NCBI GenBank assembly: GCA_903944345.1
Contig: CAJARJ010000012.1
Location: forward strand, 68,266 to 132,265
DNA: 64,000 nucleotides
Direction: 5' to 3'
Source of the DNA: Candidatus Omnitrophota bacterium
GTDB lineage: Bacteria > Omnitrophota > Gorgyraeia > Zapsychrales > Fredricksoniimonadaceae
A program made the position numbers and the translations under genes. Under the pieces are notes generated by a model. The model ran no database searches, was not told the DNA's origin, and saw only the letters and a program-made list of their open reading frames with translations. The stretch's first letter is position 1; every line of letters begins with the position of its first letter. Below are positions 38,740-48,800 of this stretch, piece after piece.

Positions 38740-38822
38740 TGGGCAGGAAAGGATTCGAACCTTTGAAGCGCGAGCGCAACAGATTTACAGTCTGTCCCCT
38801 TTGGCCACTTGGGTACCTACCC
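38740..38822 (-). tRNA. tRNA-Tyr(GUA), long variable arm.
   Basis: Cloverleaf folded by hand. Anticodon loop CUGUAAA. T-loop GGTTCGAATCC. Confidence 0.75.
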
Positions 38823-38837
38823 TTACAACTAAATACA

Positions 38838-38910
38838 AGCCGACGAGAGGAGTCGAACCCCCGACCAGCGGTTTACAAAACCGCTGCTCTACCAACTGAG
38901 CTACGTCGGC
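38838..38910 (-). tRNA. tRNA-Thr(UGU).
   Basis: Cloverleaf folded by hand. Anticodon loop UUUGUAA. Similar to E. coli tRNA-Thr(UGU). Confidence 0.75.
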
Positions 38911-39058
38911 GCGAACTCCAAAAATCATATTGCCAGAACTACGAAACGGGCTGTAATATAGCAAAATGATAAATTGATGTAAAGAAAGTTCTTTACCGGT
39001 TTTATTACCGCGACAGATCGACAATTGCACAAACCGGAATTGTTGCTATGATAACGCA

Positions 39059-40726
39059 ATGTTAAACACTCTGACAATAAAAAATTTCGGCATCATCGAA
39101 AGCGCCGAACTCTCATTTCTGAAAGGACTCAATATCCTTACCGGAGAGACTGGCGCCGGAAAATCTATCCTTATCGACGCCCTGCGCTGTGCCCTGGGTG
39201 AACGCTTCCAGTCTTCATTCCTGCGCGATCAGACCGACCAATGCCTGGTTGAAGCCGTTTTCTCCCTGTCTTTCGAAACCGCTACCAGCATTCCTCTGCT
39301 GGCAGACTTCCCCTGCGATGACAACAACCTTATTATCCAGAGAACCTGTTCCCGTGACGGAAAAAATAAAATAAAGATCAACGGCCTGACTGCAACATCG
39401 ACACAGCTTAAAGAAATAGGTGATCATCTGGTTGATATCCACGGCCCCTATGATCATCAACAGCTGTTGGCCGAACCCATGCATCTTAAAATCCTTGATG
39501 CGCTAACCAACTTCGGGAAAGCAAAACCCGAGTACACCCAGACTTACAACGAATACGACACACTCCTGAACAGACTCAAGGAACTTCGTCAGCTGGCCCA
39601 AACCCGCGATCGCGATATTGATCTGCTTACCCATCAGGTCAAGGAACTGGAACAGGTCCCGTTGACCGAAGAACATCTGGAAACAATCCGCCAGGAACAA
39701 GTGCGCATTGATAACTCCGAAAAACTTTACTCGCTCATGTCGCAGGTGCTTGGCGCACTGGATAACGATGAAAACGGACTGGAAACCATGCTGGCCCGCT
39801 CAAGCCGTCCGCTGGATCATTTGACCGTTATCGATCCGGCCAGCGCTCCTTTTCTGGAACAACTTACCAACCTCCAGGAAAATAGCCGGGAACTTCTGCA
39901 AAATCTGCGCCATTACGCCGATGCCCTCAGCTTCGACCAGGATCGCGCCGAAGAAATCAGCCGGACGGCAGACGCCTATCACGACATCCTGCGCAAATTT
40001 GGGCCAACCCTGGCTGACGCCCGCGCCTTCTTTGAACAGGCCCGAAGCAAACTTCTGCTCTTGTCAGGTTTTGAGCAAAATGAAGAAGAACTTAAAGAAG
40101 CTCTTTCGGCTACCGAGAAAAAGCTTTCCCTCCTGGCCTCCCAACTGACCAAGGCCAGGACCAAAACTGCAGTTATGCTCAAGAAAACTATCGAAACTGA
40201 ACTCCAGGAACTCGGATTCAAATCGGTTATTTTCGAAGCCCGTCAGGAAAAAACTGCATTTAATCCGGATGGTCACGACAAATTCGTTTTTTACATTTCT
40301 CCTAACACCGGCGAAACACTCAAACCTCTGGCCCAGATTGTATCTTCCGGGGAGTCTGCCCGGATCATGCTCGCCATAAAAAAAGCCCTTATGAAAGTCG
40401 ACCCAGTCCCAGTTCTTATCTTTGACGAGATTGATGCCCAGATCGGCGGAAGACTTGGAACAATTACAGGAAAAAAATTAAAGGAGATCGCTGCCCACCG
40501 TCAGGTCATCCTGATTACTCACCTGCCGCAGATCGCCGCTTTCGCGGATCAGCATTTCAAGATCGCCAAACAGGTTCGTTCCGGCAGGACTCTTACCGAG
40601 GTGACCTCACTTGCCCCGGATAGCCGTCTGGTTGAACTGGCGCATATGATGAGCGGTGACAAAACCTCAACCATTGCCCTCGAACATGCCAAAGACATGC
40701 TATTGCAGGCCGAAAGAAAACTTTAA
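39059..40726 (+). CDS. recN: DNA repair protein RecN.
   Basis: MLNTLTIKNFGII...GETGAGKS, SMC-like, 555 aa. Confidence 0.85.
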   Translation: MLNTLTIKNFGIIESAELSFLKGLNILTGETGAGKSILIDALRCALGERFQSSFLRDQTDQCLVEAVFSLSFETATSIPLLADFPCDDNNLIIQRTCSRDGKNKIKINGLTATSTQLKEIGDHLVDIHGPYDHQQLLAEPMHLKILDALTNFGKAKPEYTQTYNEYDTLLNRLKELRQLAQTRDRDIDLLTHQVKELEQVPLTEEHLETIRQEQVRIDNSEKLYSLMSQVLGALDNDENGLETMLARSSRPLDHLTVIDPASAPFLEQLTNLQENSRELLQNLRHYADALSFDQDRAEEISRTADAYHDILRKFGPTLADARAFFEQARSKLLLLSGFEQNEEELKEALSATEKKLSLLASQLTKARTKTAVMLKKTIETELQELGFKSVIFEARQEKTAFNPDGHDKFVFYISPNTGETLKPLAQIVSSGESARIMLAIKKALMKVDPVPVLIFDEIDAQIGGRLGTITGKKLKEIAAHRQVILITHLPQIAAFADQHFKIAKQVRSGRTLTEVTSLAPDSRLVELAHMMSGDKTSTIALEHAKDMLLQAERKL

Positions 40727-40867
40727 AATCCCGCACAAATAGCCTTTGCGTTCCTTTTTGTCATATGCTAACTTATTTGCCTGTTATTTGACCCGGTTTT
40801 TTCACTTAGCAAACAAAAAGTCCGGGTTTCACTTTTACTCTCACAATCCATCAGAAGGAGTTTTTGT

Positions 40868-42073
40868 ATGAAAAAAATAGGTATCCTTACTTCCGGCGGC
40901 GACTGCGGCGGGCTTAACGGCGTGGTCAAAGGCGCAGCCCAGATGGCTAACAGCCTTGGCATCACCCCTTATGTCATCACCAACGGCTACGCTGGTCTTT
41001 ACAATCTCATTGATCTTGAGAAAATCACTGCCCTTACCCCCGAGCGTACCGACAAAATCGGAGCCAATCTGGCCGGATCCGAAGCCGGACATTCCAGGGT
41101 TAAAGTCAAAAAAATCGAAGATCCAAAGAAATACGAGCGTATCAAGGCTGGTATGAAAAAGTTCGGCATCGACGGCCTGGTTATTTCCGGCGGCGACGAT
41201 TCCGGTTCGGTTATGGTTGACCTTTTCGAAAACGGGATTTCCTGTGTCCATGTGCCCAAAACAATGGATCTCGACTTGCAGACCTACTCAGTCGGGGCCG
41301 ACTCCACCATCAACAAAATCGCCACTTACGTTGAAGAACTAAAAACCACCGCCTCAACCCACAACCGTATTATGGTTCTGGAAGTATTTGGCCGCTATGC
41401 CGGACACACGGCTTTCCGCGGAGGCATAGCCGGCGATGCCGATGCGATTCTGATCCCGGAAGTCCCCTCCGACTTTGACGTGCTCTACAAACATATGAAA
41501 GCCCGTTATTTTGACCGCATCCTCAAGAGCGATGTTCTGGCTGGCCAATACATGATTGTCGTAGCGGAAGGTCTCAAAACTGCCGACGGTTCCGAAATTT
41601 ATGATGAATCTGCCGGTGTAGACTCTTTCGGGCATAAAAAACTGGCTGGCGCCGCCAAGTATGTCTGCCAGGAATTATCCAAACGTCTTAAAGCAGACCC
41701 GGAAATCAAAGCGCTCATGCAGAAGGCCGGCATGTATGTGGAAAAAATGAACGAAATCCCTGAAGTGCGTTCGGTTGTCCCCGGACACCTGGTGCGCTGC
41801 GGTCACTCTTCCGCTTATGACGTCTGTTTCGGCAAGGAAGCTGGCGCTGCTGGCGTTCTTTTGCTTAACAAGGGAATCACCGGTATCACCGTTGTTGGCG
41901 TTGACGGCAAGAACGTAAAATATATGGAATCCAAGAAAGCCATCGAACAACGGCACGTTGATCTTGATCAGGTGTCTGTCTATGAACAGATGGGCATCTG
42001 CTTTGGTCGCCCCGCGGCAGGATATACGCCCGAATTCTCTAAAGTTGAAGGTCGTATCAGCCGTCATATGTAA
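40868..42073 (+). CDS. pfk: 6-phosphofructokinase (PFK family, 401 aa).
   Basis: GILTSGGDCGGLN and GGDDSG motifs. Confidence 0.75.
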   Translation: MKKIGILTSGGDCGGLNGVVKGAAQMANSLGITPYVITNGYAGLYNLIDLEKITALTPERTDKIGANLAGSEAGHSRVKVKKIEDPKKYERIKAGMKKFGIDGLVISGGDDSGSVMVDLFENGISCVHVPKTMDLDLQTYSVGADSTINKIATYVEELKTTASTHNRIMVLEVFGRYAGHTAFRGGIAGDADAILIPEVPSDFDVLYKHMKARYFDRILKSDVLAGQYMIVVAEGLKTADGSEIYDESAGVDSFGHKKLAGAAKYVCQELSKRLKADPEIKALMQKAGMYVEKMNEIPEVRSVVPGHLVRCGHSSAYDVCFGKEAGAAGVLLLNKGITGITVVGVDGKNVKYMESKKAIEQRHVDLDQVSVYEQMGICFGRPAAGYTPEFSKVEGRISRHM

Positions 42074-42104
42074 TGCTCAACAAAACATAACACGCTACAA
42101 AAAA

Positions 42105-42136
42105 AGACCTTGAGCCAAGCTCAGGGTCTTTTTTAT
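42105..42136. terminator. Rho-independent terminator between convergent pfk and the kinase gene.
   Basis: AAAAAAGACCTTGAGCCAAGCTCAGGGTCTTTTTT. Confidence 0.6.
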
Positions 42137-42154
42137 TATCAGACAAAACTGATT

Positions 42155-44827
42155 CTAGAACACACCCTTCTGGAGCGCCCTGATACCCAACAGGATCGGG
42201 ACAAAGCCTGAAGACCCGCGATACGCGAGATCGTCAAATGAAGCAAAACCTTCAACAACCCTCCCTGATTCAGTATCTTCATCGAAAACCTGGTCAATTC
42301 CGGCCAGATCAAGACCACCTTTAAGACCCGTGTCTGCTGCAGAACTGGCGTTGAGCTCCTGGGCACTGTCAGGGGGTATTCCCATCTCTTGTAAAATCAT
42401 GTCAATCTGTCCAATCATCACCTTGACACTCCCCTGACGCTTTTGAGGGTCGACATTCATGGCCTGCCGCACCAGAGTATCTATCATTCCCTCTATTTTA
42501 TCTTTCATATCCGGAGCAAGTGAAACATCCGACCACATCATTTCGGGAAGAGTATGTATGTAAGCAGATTTAAAGTGCAAACCTCCCTCAAACATTTCTG
42601 TCCTTAAATGTGGCGGCTTTAAGGGTTCCTGAATCATCAAAAACATCAGCTTGCCAAGCGCATAAATATCACGGGCCGGCGCCCATATACTTTCCCGAGC
42701 AATATTTTCTTCCAGCTCTTCCGGAGCAATAAATGCCCGGGTGCCCATGAGTTTTTCTCCTGAATCCCTGGGACTACAAAGGGGGATAGCCAGCTCAAAG
42801 TCGATCAAACGGACATTTTCCAAGTCGTCAATCATGAAATTCTCGGGTTTAATATCCCGATGCAAGTATCCAATCTCGTGCAGCCAGTCAACCGCCACAA
42901 GCATCTTGCGCATTAAACGCAAACGCCCAACAATCGCTGTTTCAAAGGCATCACTCAAATATGAAGTAACATTTGAACCTTCTATATATTCCATGACCAA
43001 TACAGCCCTTCCTCCTTCACGGAAGAACGCTACGAAAGCCGGAATATAACTCCTTGTAAAACGCGATGCCACGCCAGACAAACTTCGTAAAATATTATTT
43101 TCATTATGGAGATAACCAGGGGAATGCGTTGATGACGGCTCGATTTCCTGTTTGATGACAAACATCTTCCCCTCTTTCTCACCAAGCCAGGTAATATTGT
43201 GCCGGCTGGTCTCAAGAGTTCGCCTGATTTCATAGTCACCAATAAAATGAACATCTTTAAGAAAAACAGCCTCTTTTCTCATTCCCTCACCCCAGAAACT
43301 CCATTGCCTGATAACCTGCACCAGTAAGCCGTCGAGCCAGTAACGCTGCTCGGGAGGCAGATTTTTCTTGAACGTTGCCAGTTGCGCACGAAAACCCGGG
43401 CCCTGATCAAGCAGTTGCATAATATTCTTGCCGAAAAAGTCTTCCTGTGCGAGAAACAAAACCCACCCTCCAAAAATTTCTTGCAACATTACTCCCTTTT
43501 CCTTCTCGATCTCTTCACCGATAACCTGCCAGAACGCCTGCTTAAATTCCGGCTGAACACTTCCTGACTTATAATAGGCATAAAATTCACGAGGCCATTC
43601 TTCAAAACTCATCCTGAATGACAACTGTCGAAATCTGTCGCGAATCTGATCCTTGAGCTCAACCTGCGCAAGGTCTGCCCGACTACCGAGACCAACCTCC
43701 TCTAAAGAACGCAAACCCACATCGACAATCCGTGCCGTTGATGAAAAACCTCTCAATTCGTCACTTGTCGGATGCAGGTCATGTTGCAGGAATAACTGTC
43801 CCAGGTCGAAATTCATACCACCTGAAGTGTAGCGGCGTACAAGCAAATCCTCTCCAGTATCAAGTTCATCGTCAATGATAACGTCAAAAACACCCTCGCT
43901 AAAATTCTCGGCATACTGCTGCCATACCCTTTCAGCCATTCCGGGATCATTCAGACTAATCCCTTCAACTTTTCCGTGATTTACATAATCTTCACTGAGA
44001 AGCCCGGTCCTAATCCTGCGCTTGTACCATGCGGCAAGGATCAACGCCCCGTAAATCTGACGCAAAACCCGAAACGACTCTCCTTCGTCCACCTGTTTCT
44101 GAATTGCCGGTACGACCAGCTCACGCATCACCCGGACGCCAATTGCATCGACGGTATTTCCACCCATTTGAAAACCACTCTTCCGCGCCAGATAATCTTC
44201 CTCCAGCATGACCTTCAGGCGTGCGCGGCGCAACATGACCATTGACAAGTTGCCATTTTCAAGAATCCCTGCCAACTCAGGAACAATCCACACGCGATGC
44301 TGCATCTTGAAATCAACATCGGTCGTTCCGTACAGCTCTTGTGCTTTCCGGTAAATCATGCGCCAGAAAGCTTTACCTGACGGGTTTCCGGGATGAAGGG
44401 TTTCAGACATAATCTGCTTGAGAGTATAATCCTGCTCAAGAAGGTCTCGCCCGAGTTCTGTGCGCGAAAGTCCTACAGGGAGAATACGATCACGTTCCAC
44501 TGGACTAAGGTTAACCCAAAGATCCCGATCGGGAATTGTCAGGGCTGCAAAAAAATATTTGATCAACCGCATCGACTCGAGATCGCTGCCGGAAGCTTGA
44601 TCAACCATAAAGCTAAAACGTAAAGGATCATCCTTGAAAATTCTCATGCCTACAAGCCGCGGCTCAACTGCAGTTAATGATGACGACACTGCCGACGAAG
44701 GAAGAGAAAACTGGGCTGGTGCACAGTAACCAAAGAATGGAAGCTGAACACAGAAACAAAGCAATGTCACACATCTGGTGCAAAATAATAAGAACCTGTG
44801 CATCATAAATCCTGTCAAAGTTAACAC
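42155..44827 (-). CDS. Large protein (890 aa) with an N-terminal hydrophobic signal/anchor, a roughly 550-aa domain of unknown function, and a C-terminal Hanks-type Ser/Thr kinase-like domain.
   Basis: HRDIKPEN catalytic loop, DFE in place of DFG, APE motif, FVIK lysine. Degenerate Gly loop. Confidence 0.55.
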   Translation of the reverse strand: MLTLTGFMMHRFLLFCTRCVTLLCFCVQLPFFGYCAPAQFSLPSSAVSSSLTAVEPRLVGMRIFKDDPLRFSFMVDQASGSDLESMRLIKYFFAALTIPDRDLWVNLSPVERDRILPVGLSRTELGRDLLEQDYTLKQIMSETLHPGNPSGKAFWRMIYRKAQELYGTTDVDFKMQHRVWIVPELAGILENGNLSMVMLRRARLKVMLEEDYLARKSGFQMGGNTVDAIGVRVMRELVVPAIQKQVDEGESFRVLRQIYGALILAAWYKRRIRTGLLSEDYVNHGKVEGISLNDPGMAERVWQQYAENFSEGVFDVIIDDELDTGEDLLVRRYTSGGMNFDLGQLFLQHDLHPTSDELRGFSSTARIVDVGLRSLEEVGLGSRADLAQVELKDQIRDRFRQLSFRMSFEEWPREFYAYYKSGSVQPEFKQAFWQVIGEEIEKEKGVMLQEIFGGWVLFLAQEDFFGKNIMQLLDQGPGFRAQLATFKKNLPPEQRYWLDGLLVQVIRQWSFWGEGMRKEAVFLKDVHFIGDYEIRRTLETSRHNITWLGEKEGKMFVIKQEIEPSSTHSPGYLHNENNILRSLSGVASRFTRSYIPAFVAFFREGGRAVLVMEYIEGSNVTSYLSDAFETAIVGRLRLMRKMLVAVDWLHEIGYLHRDIKPENFMIDDLENVRLIDFELAIPLCSPRDSGEKLMGTRAFIAPEELEENIARESIWAPARDIYALGKLMFLMIQEPLKPPHLRTEMFEGGLHFKSAYIHTLPEMMWSDVSLAPDMKDKIEGMIDTLVRQAMNVDPQKRQGSVKVMIGQIDMILQEMGIPPDSAQELNASSAADTGLKGGLDLAGIDQVFDEDTESGRVVEGFASFDDLAYRGSSGFVPILLGIRALQKGVF

Positions 44828-45045
44828 CCGGGATTGAATATTTGTTCAAGCAAGGAAAATATAGAACATAATGTATGTAAAATCAATATACGCAATACCA
44901 TGACAACAGATGTCATTGATTTGATGACATAAAATAAAAACAGGGTGTCCGGTCATTCCAAAAAACGCCCCCAGTCCTTCCCCCGCCCGGGAGAAGTGCA
45001 ATTTTTGGCCGGACACCCCTTGAAACTAATACCCGACGCTACTCT

Positions 45046-45306
45046 TCAGGCAGCCTGATAATGCCCAATAACAGCATCGGTGAGACCTTCAAATATTTCA
45101 GTACTCTTGCAAACAACCTGATCGTACCAGCGATTGTCCTTGCCCTGTTCCTGTGGCATAGAAACAAACACACCTTTCTTCCCTTCAATAACCCGAACCC
45201 CTTTGATAACCAAAGCATCATTGACCGAAACATCGGCAAACGCTTTGAGATTACCTGCATCCGGCAGACGATACATCTTTTCGACTTTAAACTTGATTTC
45301 TTGCAT
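45046..45306 (-). CDS. spoVG: SpoVG family protein.
   Basis: MQEIKFKVEKMYRLPDAGNLKAFADVSVNDALVIKGVRVIEGKKGVFVSMP. A GGGGGGG ribosome-binding site precedes the ATG. Confidence 0.75.
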   Translation of the reverse strand: MQEIKFKVEKMYRLPDAGNLKAFADVSVNDALVIKGVRVIEGKKGVFVSMPQEQGKDNRWYDQVVCKSTEIFEGLTDAVIGHYQAA

Positions 45307-45344
45307 TATCCCCCCCAATTGTTGATTATTTGTCAAATCACAAG

Positions 45345-45375
45345 AGTATAATATTGCAATTTGCTCAAATGTCAA
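45345..45375 (-). promoter_or_regulatory. Putative sigma70-type promoter for spoVG (TTGACA, 16-17 nt spacer, TATTAT).
   Basis: Hexamers read on the minus strand about 40 nt upstream of the start codon. Confidence 0.35.
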
Positions 45376-45660
45376 GAGCTACTTTTGATCTTAAATCAAA
45401 ATTGGTAATAGAACTCTTAGCCGAAGAACTCCTTGCACAAAGAATAGGCGAAAACCTAAAGAGGGGATTTAACAAACTGACGTCGTATTCCTGTTTTCTT
45501 AGCTGCAGATTTATACCCTCTGAAAAATAATGAATAAAAAAAAACGAAGCGGCATTGATAATAGTTCAATAAATGCTAAAATGAAAAAAATCGGACGACA
45601 GTTCCTCACGTAAAATCCGAACCAATACAATGATAACACTGCTTCTCTGGAGAAATAAAG

Positions 45661-46203
45661 ATGCGTATCGGCGAACAAATAAAAAAATACCGCTCCATGC
45701 GTTCCATGTCTCTTACCAAACTTTCCGAGGCCAGCGGAGTCCAGATTGCCACGCTCTCCCGGATCGAGAACGGAAAAATGACCGGAACTCTGGCCTCACA
45801 CATGAGCATTGCCGAAGCTTTGGGCGTTGAATTTACCGAACTTTATCGTAACGTTGAAACTGCGGCTCAGCCCCCCCAGGAAGACCCGCTCGAAATCGTT
45901 ACCTCTCTGGACGGGAAAATATCCCGGGAAATCCTGGCCAGAAATCTTTCTAACCACAAGATGCTCCCGTCTTTGATAAAGATTGCTCCCGAAACCTCTG
46001 CTCCTTCAGAATCTTTCTCTTTGGGCAGCGAGCGTTTTATTTATGTACTGGAAGGAAACATAAATCTTACGGTGAACGGAAGAACAGCCGCACTGGAACC
46101 TGGCATGTCCCTGCTCTTTAATGCCAGCGCCACTCATTCAATAAGCAACAATACAGCTTCGCCCGCCAGAATACTGTCGGTAACAACTCCGGTTAATCTA
46201 TGA
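45661..46203 (+). CDS. XRE-family HTH regulator with a C-terminal cupin domain.
   Basis: LTKLSEASGVQIATLSRIENGK HTH. Cupin G(X)5HXH-like C-terminal region. Confidence 0.7.
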   Translation: MRIGEQIKKYRSMRSMSLTKLSEASGVQIATLSRIENGKMTGTLASHMSIAEALGVEFTELYRNVETAAQPPQEDPLEIVTSLDGKISREILARNLSNHKMLPSLIKIAPETSAPSESFSLGSERFIYVLEGNINLTVNGRTAALEPGMSLLFNASATHSISNNTASPARILSVTTPVNL

Positions 46204-46559
46204 GCAGTATCCTGGTTTTTCATACCAACGAAAGCACACGTGATGCCTTGCGCGACATACTGGCGAATCGTTATAATGTGATTGCGGTACATGATGCGCG
46301 CCAATGTCTGGATGTTTTCGAACAAAAAGCTCCCGTGGCTCTGGCCTTTCTGGAAGCCTCCTCTGAGGTTGAGACCGAAACCCTGATTGCCAAGGCACTG
46401 GAGAAAAAGAACCCTGTTATTGTGGTCGCGGTGGCTTCTGCGGAGAATGAAAACTTCGGCGTCAACGCCGTACGCTGCGGAGCGGAAGGATATATCCTGA
46501 CTCCTCTGAGAAAAGATGAGATTCTTGCGATTGCCCGGAAGGCAGATCCGGACAGTTAA
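46200..46559 (+). CDS. Receiver-like (CheY-fold) domain protein lacking the canonical acidic pocket (pseudo-receiver).
   Basis: 119 aa. (beta-alpha)5-like pattern, but ILVFHTNE replaces DD and ALAFLEAS sits at the phospho-Asp position. 4-bp overlap with the upstream gene. Confidence 0.4.
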   Translation: MSSILVFHTNESTRDALRDILANRYNVIAVHDARQCLDVFEQKAPVALAFLEASSEVETETLIAKALEKKNPVIVVAVASAENENFGVNAVRCGAEGYILTPLRKDEILAIARKADPDS

Positions 46560-46593
46560 TGCAAATAGACACAATCCGGCGCCGTCTTACAAA

Positions 46594-47766
46594 TCAAAGA
46601 TTCATTTCGCCGGTTGTTTTTAATTCGGAAGAAGGATAATAAAAAGTCAGAATACTGCGGTAATCGTGCCCCTGTTTGGCCATTCCATAGGCACCCCATT
46701 GGCAAAGACCTACGCCATGACCCCAGCCTTTGCCTGAGATATCCACAAACCAGCCTTTCATCGTGACTGTGAAAAGACTGCTTCGGATCAAATTCGGACC
46801 TATGGCTTCCCGAAAAGTCTTGCCGTCTATGGTGATCGATTTCCCCGTCCGATCCTGAATGCTCAGTTTTCGCACACGTCCAGTCGAATTACGTTCGACA
46901 ACCTTGATCTCCTTGATCAGCCCGGTCTGGTAACCTTTGGCCGCCAGTTTTTCCTGGATATCCTTCAGACGAAAATTCCGGTCCCATTTGTAACTGGGCA
47001 GATCAAGCGAATAGACCGACTTGACGCCCCCTCTTAACGGGGCGATATTAATATCCCATAATTCAGCGGCATTTTCGGTAATCCCCCCCGAGTTGGCATG
47101 AAAAAAGGCGGGTAAAACCTTGTTCTGGTAGACAAGGATTTCACCCCGCGTCTTTCTCACCGCCAGACTGGTGCGATATCTTTCCGCATCACGGCCACCG
47201 TAAACCTGGGAGTAACTGTCCCCCGTAAGATCATAGTCACGGGTGCCAGACTTCTGCATGGAATAAATAGCATAGGAACGAACCGCAACTGCCTGGGCCT
47301 TGATGGCCTCCAGCGGCCATTGGTCTGAAATCTCATGATACAAAACACCGGAAACATACTGCTCAAGATCAATAGTATTGACTACCGAAAAATTATTGCC
47401 CTCCCGGATGATCGTCACCGATCCCCGATAATACTTACCGTTAACGGCCAGCGTACCATTACGCCGGGGCTCGACCAGAATACGGTTGGCCCGCAAGAGT
47501 TGTTTCTTGCCCAACCGGAAAGAGTCCTTTTCACGCAATAATTCTGACAACCATAGACGATCACCTTCAAGAAGTACATTCGAGCTCGAAGGATCTGTAA
47601 TTTTGAATGCCCCGTTAACCGCTATCGTACAGCGAGCAATGGCACGATGGATAGCCACACGGACATTGATCTCACCGGCATGCGAAGAATAATGCGGTGT
47701 AAAAAGAAGAAAAAGAGAGACAGCTAACATTAAAAAAATCCTGGAAATCCTGCTTAACAAAATCAT
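46594..47766 (-). CDS. SpoIID/LytB-domain protein (amidase enhancer-like).
   Basis: Signal peptide plus SpoIID domain. 390 aa. Confidence 0.65.
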   Translation of the reverse strand: MILLSRISRIFLMLAVSLFLLFTPHYSSHAGEINVRVAIHRAIARCTIAVNGAFKITDPSSSNVLLEGDRLWLSELLREKDSFRLGKKQLLRANRILVEPRRNGTLAVNGKYYRGSVTIIREGNNFSVVNTIDLEQYVSGVLYHEISDQWPLEAIKAQAVAVRSYAIYSMQKSGTRDYDLTGDSYSQVYGGRDAERYRTSLAVRKTRGEILVYQNKVLPAFFHANSGGITENAAELWDINIAPLRGGVKSVYSLDLPSYKWDRNFRLKDIQEKLAAKGYQTGLIKEIKVVERNSTGRVRKLSIQDRTGKSITIDGKTFREAIGPNLIRSSLFTVTMKGWFVDISGKGWGHGVGLCQWGAYGMAKQGHDYRSILTFYYPSSELKTTGEMNL

Positions 47767-48788
47767 CAGAACAGATCCCTCCTCCCGCCCTGGGGCAAGC
47801 CGAAATGAAGGCGGGCCTTATCGGTGGCTTCGCGGCCGCGCGATGTCCTGCGCAAAAAACCTGCCTTAAGCAAATACGGTTCTACCACATCGGCAATCGA
47901 GTCGGTTTCCTCGTTCAACGTGGCCGCGAGCGCCTCAATTCCTACCGGACCGCCGCTGTAAGTTTCGATAATCACTCTCAGGGTTTTGCGAGCAAGCTCA
48001 TCAAGCCCTTCCTGATCTACTTTCAGCGCAGCCATAGCCTGTTCCACGGCAGAAACAGTAACTTTCTTGCCCTTGGTGCGAACCAAAGCAAAATCCCGGA
48101 CTCTTTTAAGGAGTCTGATGGCAATTCGAGGCGTACCCCGCGAACGGCGGGCGATCTCAAGGGCCGCCGCGAAATCCAGCTCCACGGTCAACCTTGAAGC
48201 CGCATTAATCACAATAGTGGACAGGTCTTCCGGTTCATAAAAATCCAGATGATGCAGAATACCAAAACGATCCCTCAAAGGAGCGGCCAACAAACCGCTG
48301 CGGGTGGTCGCTCCGATCAGGGTAAAAGGTTTTAAATTAAAGTTGATAGTTTTGGCATACGGCCCCTTATCAACAATAAAATCGATCTTGAAATTCTCCA
48401 TAGCCGGATAAAGAAATTCCTCAACGGGCTTGGCAAGACGGTGGATCTCGTCAATGAAAAGGACATCACCAGCCTGGAGATTGGTAAGAATTCCTATAAA
48501 ATCGCCGGCTCGCTGTATTGCCGGACCCGAAGTATAAGTGAGCCGACTGTTCATTTCATGCGTAATAATATGAGCAAGCGAGGTCTTGCCAAGCCCGGGC
48601 GGACCGGAGAAAAGCATATGCTCCAAGGGCTCTCCCCGGCTCAAAGCAGCCTCAATAGCTATCTTGATATTATCAACCACAGACTTCTGACCGATAAAGT
48701 CACAAAGACGTTCCGGACGAACCGAAATGCTGGTGACCAGATCCTCTTCCGTCTCCTGGTTCAGGACTATACGTTTGATTTCTTCCAT
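47766..48788 (-). CDS. ruvB: Holliday junction branch migration ATPase RuvB.
   Basis: GPPGLGKTSLA; 340 aa. Confidence 0.9.
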   Translation of the reverse strand: MEEIKRIVLNQETEEDLVTSISVRPERLCDFIGQKSVVDNIKIAIEAALSRGEPLEHMLFSGPPGLGKTSLAHIITHEMNSRLTYTSGPAIQRAGDFIGILTNLQAGDVLFIDEIHRLAKPVEEFLYPAMENFKIDFIVDKGPYAKTINFNLKPFTLIGATTRSGLLAAPLRDRFGILHHLDFYEPEDLSTIVINAASRLTVELDFAAALEIARRSRGTPRIAIRLLKRVRDFALVRTKGKKVTVSAVEQAMAALKVDQEGLDELARKTLRVIIETYSGGPVGIEALAATLNEETDSIADVVEPYLLKAGFLRRTSRGREATDKARLHFGLPQGGRRDLF

Positions 48789-48800
48789 AAATCCGGCCCT

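Noticed and set aside
44944-45020. Inverted repeat GGGTGTCCGGTC...GGCCGGACACCC downstream of spoVG, as a riboswitch or attenuator.
   Set aside because: 12-bp arms with a roughly 50-nt loop and no T-tract. It is probably a weak terminator or stabiliser. No conserved riboswitch motif was recognised.
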